From Longimicrobiales bacterium (GTDB lineage Bacteria > Gemmatimonadota > Gemmatimonadetes > Longimicrobiales > Gaopeijiaceae), in the NCBI GenBank assembly GCA_965249725.1, contig CBDFMQ010000002.1:1536001-1600000 (forward strand): a DNA stretch of 64,000 bases, given 5' to 3'. Positions 16,775-27,150 of this stretch are shown piece after piece. Under the pieces are notes generated by a model that was given only the letters and a program-made list of their open reading frames with translations, searched no databases and had not been told where the DNA came from. The translations under genes and the position numbers were made by a program. The first letter of the stretch is position 1. The number at the start of each line of letters is the position of its first letter.

Positions 16775-17734
16775 TTACTCCGACCCGTCGGAGTCGGGTC
16801 CCGGCTGCTCGGGGGGCGAGGCGTCCTCCATCCAGAAACTGGGCTGATCGGGAGCGTCCAAGGCCCTCAGGCGGGCGAGACGTTCGCGCCGGGCCCTTCG
16901 CCGGACTCCCACCATGGCGACCATCGCCAGGCTCAGGAACATCCAGAATACGGCCGAGTGCGACAGAACGAAGATCCAGCCATACCGGTCCTTAACGTAG
17001 CGACGCCAATCCTCCTCGAACTGGGCCGTGGTAACGCCGTAGGTGGATCGGAATGCCCGCTCGAAATTGCTCGTCTCCTTCCACCGGGCGAGCAACACTT
17101 CGAGAGCCCTTGGACTGCTCTGCACGACCAGATACTCGATGGTGGTGGCGGAGAGCAGGTACGCGGTCTGGGCGCGGGCCTGGTCCCGAGGCCACGAGAG
17201 GGCGAGAGAGTCCAGCGGGTTTCGATCCCTCGCCAGGGCCACCCTGAGCTTCCAACCCTCCGACCAATCCCATCCGCCGCTGGCCCACTGCGCGTATCCC
17301 TCGGAAAACCACCTCGGGACCCGGAGTCCGTCCAGGTACTGGTGCAGCCCGATGTGTGCCCATTCGTGACGGAGTACCTGGCTGTCGCTCCACCCACGTC
17401 CGCGGGCCGATACGTATGCGGGCATGACGATGGTCGCCTCGGCCGGCAAGGCGACCCCAGCGCCCCAATCTGGAGCTCGTCCTCCGGTCAGTCGCTGAAA
17501 CCCGGCCTCGTCAGCCGCAAGGAAGACCCGAACGTCTTGAGGCATCCCCGACGGTAGTCCTGGTAGCGGGGGGGCCGTCTCCAGGGCGGACAGAACGAGC
17601 GCGGCCTTGCCGGAGTCGGGCGGCATGAAGAAGACGGTCGCTCGGTTTCCAACGAGCTGGTCGCCACCGTCGAACGCCTGCGTGGGAGTGTCCTGCCCGA
17701 TCCCGAAGAGGAGGACCAGGAGTGCGGAGATCAC
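16775..17734 (-). CDS. Peptidase MA-like metallohydrolase with a C-terminal TM helix
   Basis: HEWAH...PRWFSEGYA gluzincin motifs; N-terminal signal-like segment. Confidence 0.8.
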   Translation of the reverse strand: MISALLVLLFGIGQDTPTQAFDGGDQLVGNRATVFFMPPDSGKAALVLSALETAPPLPGLPSGMPQDVRVFLAADEAGFQRLTGGRAPDWGAGVALPAEATIVMPAYVSARGRGWSDSQVLRHEWAHIGLHQYLDGLRVPRWFSEGYAQWASGGWDWSEGWKLRVALARDRNPLDSLALSWPRDQARAQTAYLLSATTIEYLVVQSSPRALEVLLARWKETSNFERAFRSTYGVTTAQFEEDWRRYVKDRYGWIFVLSHSAVFWMFLSLAMVAMVGVRRRARRERLARLRALDAPDQPSFWMEDASPPEQPGPDSDGSE

Positions 17735-19347
17735 GCTCCCTCAGGCGCCCCGATCTGATCGAGCTTGGCCTGAAGCGTGTGGTTTTCCGGATTGAGCTCC
17801 AGGGCACGCCGCCAGAGCACTCCCGCCTCAGCTGTCTGGGAATTCTCCAGAGCGATGGCCCCGAGTTTGATGTAGACGTCGTCTCCGAGGCGGGGATCGG
17901 CTTCGACCGCGAGCTCGTACTGGAACTGTGCCCGCTCCTTGTCACCTCGGCGCAGGGCCTGGTCCCCCAGGGCCTTGTGGGCCTGGGGCACCACCGGCTC
18001 ACGCTCCAGAGCACGTTCGTAGTAGCTCTCGGCGGCCTCGTTCTCTCCTCGGTGCTCCAGCACCGCCCCGGTGTTGACCAGAATCGCCCCGTCCTGTGGG
18101 TACAGCTTCAGGCCCTCCCGGCCGATCTCGACGGCTCGGTCCATGTCGCCGGCGATTCCGGACGCGAGCACTGAGAACGCGAAGAACATCGGTGACAGCG
18201 TTCCATCGCCGACCTTGTCCTGATAGCCCTTGAACGAGCCCATGGCGGCCGCTCCGTCCCCGGCCTTGAACTGTACGATGCCGCGAGCGAGGAGAAGACA
18301 GGGGTCGTCGGCATCAAGCTTCTCGGCCTCCGCGAGCGCGACGAGCGCATCGTCGTAACGCCCGATCCTCTCGAGGGCCAGCGCATGGTTACGGTGCAGC
18401 GGGTAGGTCATCTCGGCGGCATCTCCCATCTCGTCGAAATGCACGCTCGCCTCCTGTGCCCGCCCGGACTTGAGGCTGATGAGACCGAGATACGCCCGCG
18501 CCTGCGGATGCTTGGCATCCAGCTCTAGCGTCTTTCGGAACTCCCTCATGGAGTCCTCCATCATCCCCGACCGGTAGAACGCCAAGCCGAGGTTGAGGTG
18601 CTCATCGACCGAGCCCTTCGCCTGCGACTCCGCGGATCGCTTGCCGACCTGTACCGCGAATCCCGCCTGAATAAGCCCGTAGAGCGCCTTGCCCGTGTCG
18701 AACTCCACCAAGCCCGAATCGTCCACCAAATTGGCCACGGTGCGTTCGCCGTCGATGAGCGGAATGATCCGCTGCTGTCCGTCCGTGAGCTCGATGCCTT
18801 CCTCCTGAAGAGGATCCCGCTCGAGGGAGAAGATCAGGTCCATCGACGAGATCTTCCTCTCGATCAAGCTCCACTCATCGACCCGACGGGCCCCCTCCAT
18901 CAGGAGCGCATCGATGCTGATGGATACCCGCATCACATGATCTTCGGGTACGATGTCTGGCTGGAACTGGAACGTGCCCTGATCCCAGGTAAAGACGTGG
19001 TAGACGGCCTCTTCGATCTGTAGCGAGATGTACCGCTCGAGCTCCTCCTGAGTGAGGGCTCCTCCCTCGACCAGCAGCTGCCCGAGCTTCTTGCCCTTTT
19101 CGTGGGCCTGCTTCTCCATCGCCTCCGAAAGCTGATCCCGGTCAATCACTTCGTTCTTGACCAGGAGCTCACCGAGCCGATCCGGGCGGTTTACCACCGA
19201 CGCGTATATGACCCGACCGTCCTCGAAGTAGATGTAGCCGAAGTTGGACTGGTCTGTCAGTGACAGGCAGCCCGTCTTCCCTCCCATGGCCAGCAGCTGG
19301 GAGATATCGGCTAAGCTGACATCCGCGAGAGCGCCTTCGATCGCCAT
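17731..19347 (-). CDS. DUF4388 (PatA_N-like) domain plus TPR protein
   Basis: MAIEGALADVSLADISQLL...KTGCL...W..GTFQF...LLMEGARRVDEW, followed by multiple TPRs. Confidence 0.85.
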   Translation of the reverse strand: MAIEGALADVSLADISQLLAMGGKTGCLSLTDQSNFGYIYFEDGRVIYASVVNRPDRLGELLVKNEVIDRDQLSEAMEKQAHEKGKKLGQLLVEGGALTQEELERYISLQIEEAVYHVFTWDQGTFQFQPDIVPEDHVMRVSISIDALLMEGARRVDEWSLIERKISSMDLIFSLERDPLQEEGIELTDGQQRIIPLIDGERTVANLVDDSGLVEFDTGKALYGLIQAGFAVQVGKRSAESQAKGSVDEHLNLGLAFYRSGMMEDSMREFRKTLELDAKHPQARAYLGLISLKSGRAQEASVHFDEMGDAAEMTYPLHRNHALALERIGRYDDALVALAEAEKLDADDPCLLLARGIVQFKAGDGAAAMGSFKGYQDKVGDGTLSPMFFAFSVLASGIAGDMDRAVEIGREGLKLYPQDGAILVNTGAVLEHRGENEAAESYYERALEREPVVPQAHKALGDQALRRGDKERAQFQYELAVEADPRLGDDVYIKLGAIALENSQTAEAGVLWRRALELNPENHTLQAKLDQIGAPEGA

Positions 19348-19353
19348 ATCGCC

Positions 19354-21294
19354 TTACTCTTCCTCTTCGACTGCAACAATGCGGTCTTCGATGACCGGCC
19401 AGTCCCAAACCACGTTCTCCCTGGAGGGACGCCACGGAGACCCCGGATCGGCGACAACCTCTGGTTCCGCTACCAGCTCCGCAGGCGCTGCCGCGACCTC
19501 CTCGGGCTCCATGATGATCATCCCACCCCGGTCCCCGACCTCGATCTCCTCGAGCGGCGGCACGACCCCGGCCCCGGACTTGGGCCTGATGAACCCTGAC
19601 CACAGATCCTCGTCCTGGATGTACTCGGGGGGAGCTTCCTCGAGGTTCAGCGTCGCCGCGCCGGGAGGCAACGATTCGGGCGTCGCCTCAACGACGAGAC
19701 CCATCTCGAAGCGCGAGCGGAGGCGATCATCGATGCCTGTGATTCCGGCGGGCTCCCGATCGCCCGTAATCAGGATCTTGGCTCCCTTCCGCTTGGACGC
19801 CTCGAAGAGGTGGAAGAACTCGTCCTGGGCCCGCTCCGTGTCGGAGAGTGCCTGAGCGTCGTAGACCAGGAGGAGATCGACACCCCACCAACGCTCTCTC
19901 CAGGCACCCGCCACGCCATCGGACAGGGCGCGTATGAAGTCCTCCGAGAATTCCTCCGCGGACACGATCGCGTAGCTTCCGAGCTTGTCGTGGTCCCGGT
20001 ACATGCGGGCGGTCGCAGCCAAGAGGGCCATCGGTCCGTCAGGCGTCGGACTCCACACATAGAGCGGATTGTACTCAGGGCGCTCTTCAGTCACCAGCTG
20101 TTGGGCGGCCTTTATTGCCACCGCGGGAAAGTGGTCCGCGAGATCGTCGAGCTGCGGCCCCTCGCCGATGAGCGGGAACGGGCGCACGCGCTCCATCGCA
20201 GACGCCAACAGAGACTCGGCCTCGTCCAGTCGCTCCGGATCCTTGAGAAGGCCAACCGCAGCCTCAGGCCAGGGATTCCCCACCTTGTCGAGTGACTTGG
20301 CGATCTGGCGCAGCCTCGTGATGTCGCGCCGAAACTCGTCCGCAACGGCCTGGGGATCGGCAGGAGCTTCGTCGCCTTCGAAGAGCATTCGGAGCCGAGT
20401 GCCCGAGTAGCCGTCCTTCTCGAAGCTCTCTGCGGTCTCCCTGAGCACCCTTCGCCATGGAGCCTCTTCCCGCTCCACCTTGGTGGCCACCGTTTGGCTC
20501 AGTTCCTCCATGAACGAGCCGAACTCGTCCAGGAGCTGCTGACCCGCGATCGGGCCTCCCGCCGCAGACTCCGCCTGAAGGCCCGGCATGGCTTTGACCT
20601 CGTCGGCCGTTACCTGCCTGCCTTCGAGCTCCTGGATCGCCAGCACCTTGTTGAGGGCGCCAGCGAGCTCCCGCACGCTCTTGAACGCGAACTTGGCCAA
20701 CACCTCGGCCACCCCAGCCTCGAACGACTGACCACGTTCCTCAGCCTTCTTCCGGAGGATGGCCACCTTGGTCTCGTACTCGGGAGCGGCGATATCGACG
20801 ATTAGACCGCCGGAGAACCTGGTGACCAGCCGCTCGTCGAGCCCGTCTATCTCCGAAGGTGGGCGATCACTGGCCAGAACGATCTGACCACCGGAGGCAC
20901 TGAGCTGGTCCAAGAGCCGCAGCAGCATTTCCTGGGCTTCCTTCTGCCCGGTCAGGAACTGCACGTCATCGAGGAGCAGGATGTGTAGTTCTTCGTACTG
21001 CTCCCGAAGCTCGTCCTGGGTGCCGGCCTGGAGCGCCCGTGTCAGCTCGTCGAGGAAGACCTCGACCGCCAGGTAGACGACTCCGAACTCCGGGTGGACC
21101 TTGGTCGCGTAGTGCGCGATACCACTGAGAATGTGGCTCTTGCCGAGGCCGGAACCCGAGTAGATGAAAAGCGGGTTGTACGAGGTGCCGGGAGCGTCTG
21201 CCGCACGACGAGCGGCCGCAGAGGCCAGCCGATTGGCGGGCCCCACGACAAAGCTGTCGAAGGTGAACCTCGGATCCAGATCCGTCGCTACCAC
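19354..21294 (-). CDS. DnaA/Hda-family protein with two DnaA-like AAA+ modules and no DNA-binding domain IV (start uncertain, 21294 or 21348)
   Basis: FTFDSFVVGPAN, YNPLFIYSGSGLGKSH, LLDDVQ, RLVTRFSGGL. A second, degenerate copy reads YNPLYVW...LVYDAQ...RLRSRFEMGL. Confidence 0.85.
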   Translation of the reverse strand: MVATDLDPRFTFDSFVVGPANRLASAAARRAADAPGTSYNPLFIYSGSGLGKSHILSGIAHYATKVHPEFGVVYLAVEVFLDELTRALQAGTQDELREQYEELHILLLDDVQFLTGQKEAQEMLLRLLDQLSASGGQIVLASDRPPSEIDGLDERLVTRFSGGLIVDIAAPEYETKVAILRKKAEERGQSFEAGVAEVLAKFAFKSVRELAGALNKVLAIQELEGRQVTADEVKAMPGLQAESAAGGPIAGQQLLDEFGSFMEELSQTVATKVEREEAPWRRVLRETAESFEKDGYSGTRLRMLFEGDEAPADPQAVADEFRRDITRLRQIAKSLDKVGNPWPEAAVGLLKDPERLDEAESLLASAMERVRPFPLIGEGPQLDDLADHFPAVAIKAAQQLVTEERPEYNPLYVWSPTPDGPMALLAATARMYRDHDKLGSYAIVSAEEFSEDFIRALSDGVAGAWRERWWGVDLLLVYDAQALSDTERAQDEFFHLFEASKRKGAKILITGDREPAGITGIDDRLRSRFEMGLVVEATPESLPPGAATLNLEEAPPEYIQDEDLWSGFIRPKSGAGVVPPLEEIEVGDRGGMIIMEPEEVAAAPAELVAEPEVVADPGSPWRPSRENVVWDWPVIEDRIVAVEEEE

Positions 21295-21313
21295 CGGTTT
21301 CTGCCTGCCTCGC

Positions 21314-22279
21314 TCATGGTACGTCTTCCGATCGTGCCCACTCGGCACACGAACTCAGGTCCTCTGGGAGCGGTGCCTCGAAGCGGAGCCTCTCATCGCT
21401 GACCGGATGTTGAAAGGAAAGCCGCCACGCGTGTAGGAACTGCCTTGCTACGCGCTTGTTGAGCAATTGCGCCCAACGATGTGCTTTCCCGCCCATCCCT
21501 CGCTCCCAACCCACTCCGTAAACAGGATCTCCCACCACCGGATGCCCGATGTGGGCGAGGTGAACCCTGATTTGGTGCGTCCTTCCGGTCTCGAGTGCAA
21601 CGTCCAACAACTCCGCGCCGAGCCAATGCTCGGCCACTCGAAAGCGGGTGACTGCTCGGCGCCCTCCCTCCACAACAGCCATGCGCTGTCGGTTGGCCGG
21701 ATCCCGTCCCACCGGCGCATCCACCTCAAGCGGAGTCTCGGAGAGATGCCCCCAGGACGCCGCCTTGTATAAGCGCTTAATCTCACGTCGTTGGAGCGCT
21801 TCGGAAAGGGCATGATGCGCGGCGTCGTTCTTGGCCACAACCAGCAGTCCCGACGTGTCCTTGTCCAGGCGGTGTACGATGCCGGGCCGAAGCTTTCCAC
21901 CGATGCCCGAGAGGTCTTTCGCATGGGCCAGCAGGGCGTTGACCAACGTGCCGGTCGAGTGCCCCGGACCCGGGTGGACGACCATCCCGGCGGCCTTGTT
22001 CACCACCACAACCGAGGCATCCTCGAAGAGGACATCGAGCGGAATGTCCTCGGGCTCAATGGTCAGGGCCTCAGGCGCCGGAACGCGCACCTCGATCCGT
22101 TGCCCCTCGTCGAGCCGCTCGGACTTGCGGGGCGGCTGTCCGTCGAGCAGGACCATTCCATCTTCCACCAGGCCCTGCACCCGGGTCCGCGAAAGCCCCA
22201 AATGATCCGCCACATAGGTGTCGAGGCGGTCGCCTTCCCGCTCAACCGTCAAGATCTCGACGCGCTCTTCCGACGTCAT
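21314..22279 (-). CDS. rluD: RluA-family 23S rRNA pseudouridine synthase
   Basis: S4 domain, HRLDKDTSG, TGRTHQIRVH. Confidence 0.9.
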   Translation of the reverse strand: MTSEERVEILTVEREGDRLDTYVADHLGLSRTRVQGLVEDGMVLLDGQPPRKSERLDEGQRIEVRVPAPEALTIEPEDIPLDVLFEDASVVVVNKAAGMVVHPGPGHSTGTLVNALLAHAKDLSGIGGKLRPGIVHRLDKDTSGLLVVAKNDAAHHALSEALQRREIKRLYKAASWGHLSETPLEVDAPVGRDPANRQRMAVVEGGRRAVTRFRVAEHWLGAELLDVALETGRTHQIRVHLAHIGHPVVGDPVYGVGWERGMGGKAHRWAQLLNKRVARQFLHAWRLSFQHPVSDERLRFEAPLPEDLSSCAEWARSEDVP

Positions 22280-25200
22280 TCAGCCAGCGGCCCCGGGCGC
22301 ACCAGTCTCACCCTTGGAATCGACCTCCACTTCCCGGTTCAGAGCGATCACCGCGGCCAAGTCGTCGATCTGGATGCTCGACATCGCGTCGTACCCCTCC
22401 ACTTCACCGCCGTCACTCTCGATCACCAACCGGACCGCAAGCGTCTCTCCACAGATGAAGTCGCGGTAGTCGTCCGCAGCCGCCTGAATCTCCTCCGGCC
22501 CGAAGATGGCCAGTCGAATCCGATCCGTGATCTCGAGGCCACCTTCCTTGCGGAGACGCTGAATGCGGTTGACCAGCTCTCTGGCTCGTCCTTCGGCCCG
22601 GAGGTCGTCGCTCAGCACGGGGTCCAACGCAGCGGTGTAGCCGCCCTCTGAGCGCACCACCAGTTCACCTTTCGACTCCTCGACTACCTCGAAATCCTCG
22701 ACTTCGAGATGTACCGTGCGCCCCCCGACCTCGATCGAGACCGGCTCGCCGTTCCGGTGTGCCCCCAGGGCCTCCGGCGACAGGCTGCGAATCGCGGCCG
22801 CAGCAAGTTCGGAGTCCTTCTGAAACCGAGGGCCGAGAGCCTTGAAGTTCGGCTTCGCGACCAATGTGACCAATCCCTCGGCCGACGTCAGAAAGTCGAC
22901 CTCCTTCACATTGAGTTCTTCTCGGAGCAGGCTCAGAACGTCGAGACGGATCTCCACGTCGCCCGGTACCACGGCGAACAACCGCTGGAGCGGCTGCCGC
23001 ACGCGGATCTTGACCTCCTCCCGCGCCGCCCGGCCGAGGGAGACCAGGGCGCGGACGGCCGCCATTTCGTCTTCGAGAGCCTTGTCGACACCGTCGGTGT
23101 CGGCCTCGGGAAAGGACTGCAAGTGCACGCTCTCACCCGTGAGACCCTGGTGGATCCAATCCGTCACGAACGGCGTCACAGGGGCTGCCACCAGACACAC
23201 GGTGCGGAGCGCCTCCTGGAGCGTCCGGAACGCGGCCCGGGCGTCCGCAGCGTCCGTGTTTCCCCAGAACCGCGGGCGGGACCGTCTCACGTACCAGTTC
23301 GACAGCTCCTCGCTGACGAACTCTCCGAGGGTCCGATAGGCCCGAGTGAGCTGATAGGAATCGAGTTCCTCGCGAACCTCGGCCACCACCGATGTCAGAC
23401 GGGACAGAAGCCACCGGTCGAGCAGGCTACGATCGGCCGGAGCCGGATCCGCATCGGACGGGGCCCATTCCTCGGCGTTGGCATAAAGCGTGAAGAACCG
23501 GTAGGTGTTGAACAGCGTATCCAGGAACTTGCGTGAGCTCTCCTTCACTGCCGTCGGATCGTATCTCTTGGGCACCCAGGGATTGCTGGCCGTAATGAAA
23601 TACCAGCGGATCCCGTCCGCCCCGTGGTCGCCTATCGCGTCCCAGGGATCGACGGTATTGCCCTTGGACTTCGACATCTTCTGGCCATCGGCATCGAGAA
23701 TCAGATCGTTGACGACCACGTTCCTGAATGGAGGCCCCACGTCGAGCATGGTCGCGATGGCCAGGAGGGAATAGAACCAGCCACGAGTCTGGTCGAGCCC
23801 TTCACAGATGAAGTCCGCCGGGAAGTGGCGTTCGAAGTCTTCATGGTTCTCGAACGGGTAGTGCCACTGGGCGTAGGGCATCGACCCCGAGTCGAACCAC
23901 GCGTCGACCACTTCGGGTGCCCGGCGCATCGTGCCGTCGCACTGCGTACAACCCCACGTGTGTTCGTCGATGTACGGACGGTGCGGATCGAAATCATCGC
24001 CCAAGGGACCGGCACGCCCTTCCAGCTCCTCGAAGCTGCTGATCCACTCCAGGTGGTCTTCTTCGGCATCGCATACCCAGACGGGCAGCGGAGTCCCCCA
24101 GTACCGATCCCGCGAGAGAGCCCAGTCCACGTTGCCCTTCAACCACTCGCCCATCCGCCCCTCGCCCACATCCGGTGGGAACCAGTTGGCGGCATCGTTG
24201 TTCGCCAACATTTCGTCCTTGAGCGTAGACGTGGCGGCGAACCATGAGTCTCTGGCGAGGTAGAGCAGCGGTGACTCGCACCTCCAACAATGCGGGTAGG
24301 AGTGCACCTCGGTGCCGAACCGGAACAGGTTGCCTCTCTCATCGAGGGCCTCGACAAGCCGCGGATCGGCATCTTTGACGAACATCCCCCCGACCAGCTC
24401 CACGTCGGGAAGGAAGCATCCGGCGTCGTCGATGGGTCGAAGCATCGGCAGGCCGTGCCGCTGTCCCGCGGCGTAGTCATCGGAACCGAAGGCAGGCGCC
24501 ATGTGCACGATGCCGGTGCCGTCTTCGGAGCTGACGAAGTCCTCGTTGACGACCGTCCAACCGTTCTCTGGGTCGGCCGGCATCGCCACCACCTCCAGTG
24601 GACGCGCGTACCGGACTCCGGCCAGTTCGGTCCCCTTGTAGCGTCGAACCACCTCGACCCCTTCGCCCATCACCGCCTCGAGGCGATCCTCCGCAAGCAC
24701 CAGCACCCGCCCGTCTTGCTCGACCTGCACGTAGGTCAGGTCCGGGTGAATAGCGAGGCCGGTGTTGGACGGGACGGTCCACGGGGTGGTGGTCCACACC
24801 ACGAATGCTCGTCCCTCGGGGTCAGGATCCCCGTCCGGCGTGAGCCAGCGACAGAGGAAGTGGAGCGACGAATCCTCGATGTCCTTGTAACCCTGAGCCA
24901 CCTCGTGGGAGCTGAGCGCAGTGCCGCAGCGGGGGCAGTAAGGAACGCTCTTGTACCCCTTGTAGAGCAGTCCGCGATCGGCCAGCTGCTTGAAGATCCA
25001 CCAAACGCTCTCCACATAACTCGAGTGGAAGGTGACGTACGGACGCGAGTAGTCGAGCCAATATCCGATGCGCTCGGACAGGTTCTCCCAGTCCTCCTTG
25101 TACGTGAACACCGAGTTCCGGCAGGCCTCGTTGAACTCGGCTATACCCAGGGCCTCGATCTCCGGCTTGCCGCTGATCCCCAGGCGCTTTTCGGCCTCGA

Positions 25201-25477
25201 TCTCCACCGGGAGCCCGTGTGTGTCCCAGCCGGCGATGCGCGTAACGCTCCTTCCCTCCATGGTCCGCAGCCGACAAACGAGATCCTTGATCGTGCGACT
25301 GATGATGTGATGGAGTCCGGGCTTTCCGTTCGCCGTGGGCGGACCCTCGAAGAACACGAAGGGCTCTCCGCCCTCCGTCGCCTCCAGCGTCTGGTGGAAG
25401 AGGTCCTCGGCCCTCCAACGGCCGAGCGTCTCCTCTTCCAGCGTGATCAGGGTGTCGGGTATCTCTGGGTATCGCAT
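22280..25477 (-). CDS. ileS: Isoleucine--tRNA ligase (type 2)
   Basis: GPPTANG-PGLHH, GWDTHGLP, WTTTPWT, EGLDQTRGWF, KMSKS; type-2 C-terminus. Confidence 0.97.
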   Translation of the reverse strand: MRYPEIPDTLITLEEETLGRWRAEDLFHQTLEATEGGEPFVFFEGPPTANGKPGLHHIISRTIKDLVCRLRTMEGRSVTRIAGWDTHGLPVEIEAEKRLGISGKPEIEALGIAEFNEACRNSVFTYKEDWENLSERIGYWLDYSRPYVTFHSSYVESVWWIFKQLADRGLLYKGYKSVPYCPRCGTALSSHEVAQGYKDIEDSSLHFLCRWLTPDGDPDPEGRAFVVWTTTPWTVPSNTGLAIHPDLTYVQVEQDGRVLVLAEDRLEAVMGEGVEVVRRYKGTELAGVRYARPLEVVAMPADPENGWTVVNEDFVSSEDGTGIVHMAPAFGSDDYAAGQRHGLPMLRPIDDAGCFLPDVELVGGMFVKDADPRLVEALDERGNLFRFGTEVHSYPHCWRCESPLLYLARDSWFAATSTLKDEMLANNDAANWFPPDVGEGRMGEWLKGNVDWALSRDRYWGTPLPVWVCDAEEDHLEWISSFEELEGRAGPLGDDFDPHRPYIDEHTWGCTQCDGTMRRAPEVVDAWFDSGSMPYAQWHYPFENHEDFERHFPADFICEGLDQTRGWFYSLLAIATMLDVGPPFRNVVVNDLILDADGQKMSKSKGNTVDPWDAIGDHGADGIRWYFITASNPWVPKRYDPTAVKESSRKFLDTLFNTYRFFTLYANAEEWAPSDADPAPADRSLLDRWLLSRLTSVVAEVREELDSYQLTRAYRTLGEFVSEELSNWYVRRSRPRFWGNTDAADARAAFRTLQEALRTVCLVAAPVTPFVTDWIHQGLTGESVHLQSFPEADTDGVDKALEDEMAAVRALVSLGRAAREEVKIRVRQPLQRLFAVVPGDVEIRLDVLSLLREELNVKEVDFLTSAEGLVTLVAKPNFKALGPRFQKDSELAAAAIRSLSPEALGAHRNGEPVSIEVGGRTVHLEVEDFEVVEESKGELVVRSEGGYTAALDPVLSDDLRAEGRARELVNRIQRLRKEGGLEITDRIRLAIFGPEEIQAAADDYRDFICGETLAVRLVIESDGGEVEGYDAMSSIQIDDLAAVIALNREVEVDSKGETGAPGAAG

Positions 25478-25516
25478 CAATTCGTGCCTGTCTTCTCGTG
25501 CCTGTCTTCGTTGTGT

Positions 25517-26332
25517 TCAGATCCGCGCGATTACGGCCCGGATGAGCGTGGTCAGTTTGGGCTCCGCCTCCATCGCCGTGGCGATGATGCTCTGGACGTC
25601 CGCCTCTTCGAGGGCGTCCGGGAGACACTGGTCCGTAATAATGCAGAGGCCCAAGACCTTCATATCCATGTGCCTGGCGACGATCACCTCGGGCACGGTG
25701 GACATTCCCACCACGTCGGCCCCCATCCCCCGGAGCATTCGGTACTCGGCCCGGGTCTCCAGGTTGGGTCCGACCACCGCCGCGTACACGCCCCTCCGAA
25801 GAGGGATGGACAACTCCAGAGCCGCTTCCATCGTGACGTCTTGCAGCGCCCGGTCATACGGTTCCGACATATCCGGGAATCGCGGTCCGAGTTCGTCGAT
25901 GTTGTGGCCGACCAGCGGATTGTCACCTAAGAGATTGATGTGGTCATCCAGAACGACCAGTTCACCGGGAGCCCAAAGCGGATGCATACCCCCGACCGCT
26001 CCCGATACGACGAGGGTCTCCGCCCCCAGAGTTCGCATCACCCGTATGGGCAGGGTGACGTCGCGGACGTCATGTCCCTCGTAAAGGTGAAAGCGCCCCT
26101 GCATCGCGATGACCGATCGCCCCTCCAAGGTGCCGAACAACAGCCGGCCGGAGTGGCTCTCGACGGTGGGCACCGGGAAGTTCGGAACATCCTCGTAGGA
26201 GATCGCGTGCTCGATCTCGATCTCGTCGGCCAGTCCGCCGAGGCCGGTTCCCAGGACGATCCCGATGCGAGGTTCGGCCGACACCTGTTCTCGAATCGCC
26301 TGGGTGCTCTCCTGGATGCGATCCCACTCCAT
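25517..26332 (-). CDS. punA: Purine nucleoside phosphorylase (trimeric type)
   Basis: IVLGTGLG, MQGRFHLYEG, GPNLETRAE, VGMSTVPE. Confidence 0.93.
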   Translation of the reverse strand: MEWDRIQESTQAIREQVSAEPRIGIVLGTGLGGLADEIEIEHAISYEDVPNFPVPTVESHSGRLLFGTLEGRSVIAMQGRFHLYEGHDVRDVTLPIRVMRTLGAETLVVSGAVGGMHPLWAPGELVVLDDHINLLGDNPLVGHNIDELGPRFPDMSEPYDRALQDVTMEAALELSIPLRRGVYAAVVGPNLETRAEYRMLRGMGADVVGMSTVPEVIVARHMDMKVLGLCIITDQCLPDALEEADVQSIIATAMEAEPKLTTLIRAVIARI

Positions 26333-26334
26333 CC

Positions 26335-27150
26335 TCAATCGGACTCCTGCTGATCTCGCTTCAGGATGGTGGAAAGCCACAGCGCGTTGTCGGGGCTCAT
26401 GCCCTCCGGTATATCCTCGTCGGCGCTATCGGGCTCCTCGGCGCCAATGCCATCCTCTACACTGGCCTCCGGCTCAGGCAGGTCAACGGACTCCGGGTCG
26501 GGTGGATCGTCGACCTCGTCGGAAGCTGAGGCCTCTTCAGGCTCGGAAGCAGAGACCTCATCCGCCGTAACGGCCTCCATGCTCCCACTGTCATTGCCGT
26601 CATTGCCGGCGTCCTCGGCCTCTTCATCGGCGTCGTCCGTCGTCCAGCTGCCACGCCCCAGCTCCAGATCGAGCGTGACGTCTTCGAGGGGCATCCGGTT
26701 CGCCTCAACCTCGACCGCATCCAGTTCCCTCTCGAGGAGGGTTCGGAACGCCTTGAGGAACCGGGTCCGGTGCCGCTCGAGCTCCTCGAGTGCCGACTTG
26801 CGGTCGGCGAGGAGCTTTTCGGCTTCCTGTAGCATCTTCTCGATGCGTCCGCGAGCCTCCCTTTCCAGGAGTTGTGCCTCGCGATTGGCCTGCTCCTTCA
26901 CTTGCTGCCGTAGCTCCTGGGCAGTGACCAGGGCCTCCTGCACGGCCTGCTCGCGACCCTCCTGCCCTTTGACCTGGTCGCCGAGTCTGTCGGAGCGTTC
27001 CTTCAACTGGAGGTTCTCCTTCACGAGCACCTCCATCCGCTCCGCCACGAGCTCGAGGAAGACGTCCACCTCCTGGGCTTCGTATCCACGGAGAGCCTTG
27101 GCGAAATCGCCTCGCTTCTTTCGTACGTCCAGTGGTGTGAGGTCGATCAT
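26335..27150 (-). CDS. divIVA: DivIVA-domain protein with a long acidic tail
   Basis: LTPLDV...F.KALRGY...EVDVFL, coiled coil; lies next to yggS. Confidence 0.85.
   Translation of the reverse strand: MIDLTPLDVRKKRGDFAKALRGYEAQEVDVFLELVAERMEVLVKENLQLKERSDRLGDQVKGQEGREQAVQEALVTAQELRQQVKEQANREAQLLEREARGRIEKMLQEAEKLLADRKSALEELERHRTRFLKAFRTLLERELDAVEVEANRMPLEDVTLDLELGRGSWTTDDADEEAEDAGNDGNDSGSMEAVTADEVSASEPEEASASDEVDDPPDPESVDLPEPEASVEDGIGAEEPDSADEDIPEGMSPDNALWLSTILKRDQQESD

Noticed and set aside
19354..21348. Canonical dnaA / oriC
   Set aside because: No domain I or IV, no dnaN neighbour, and no DnaA-box cluster seen.
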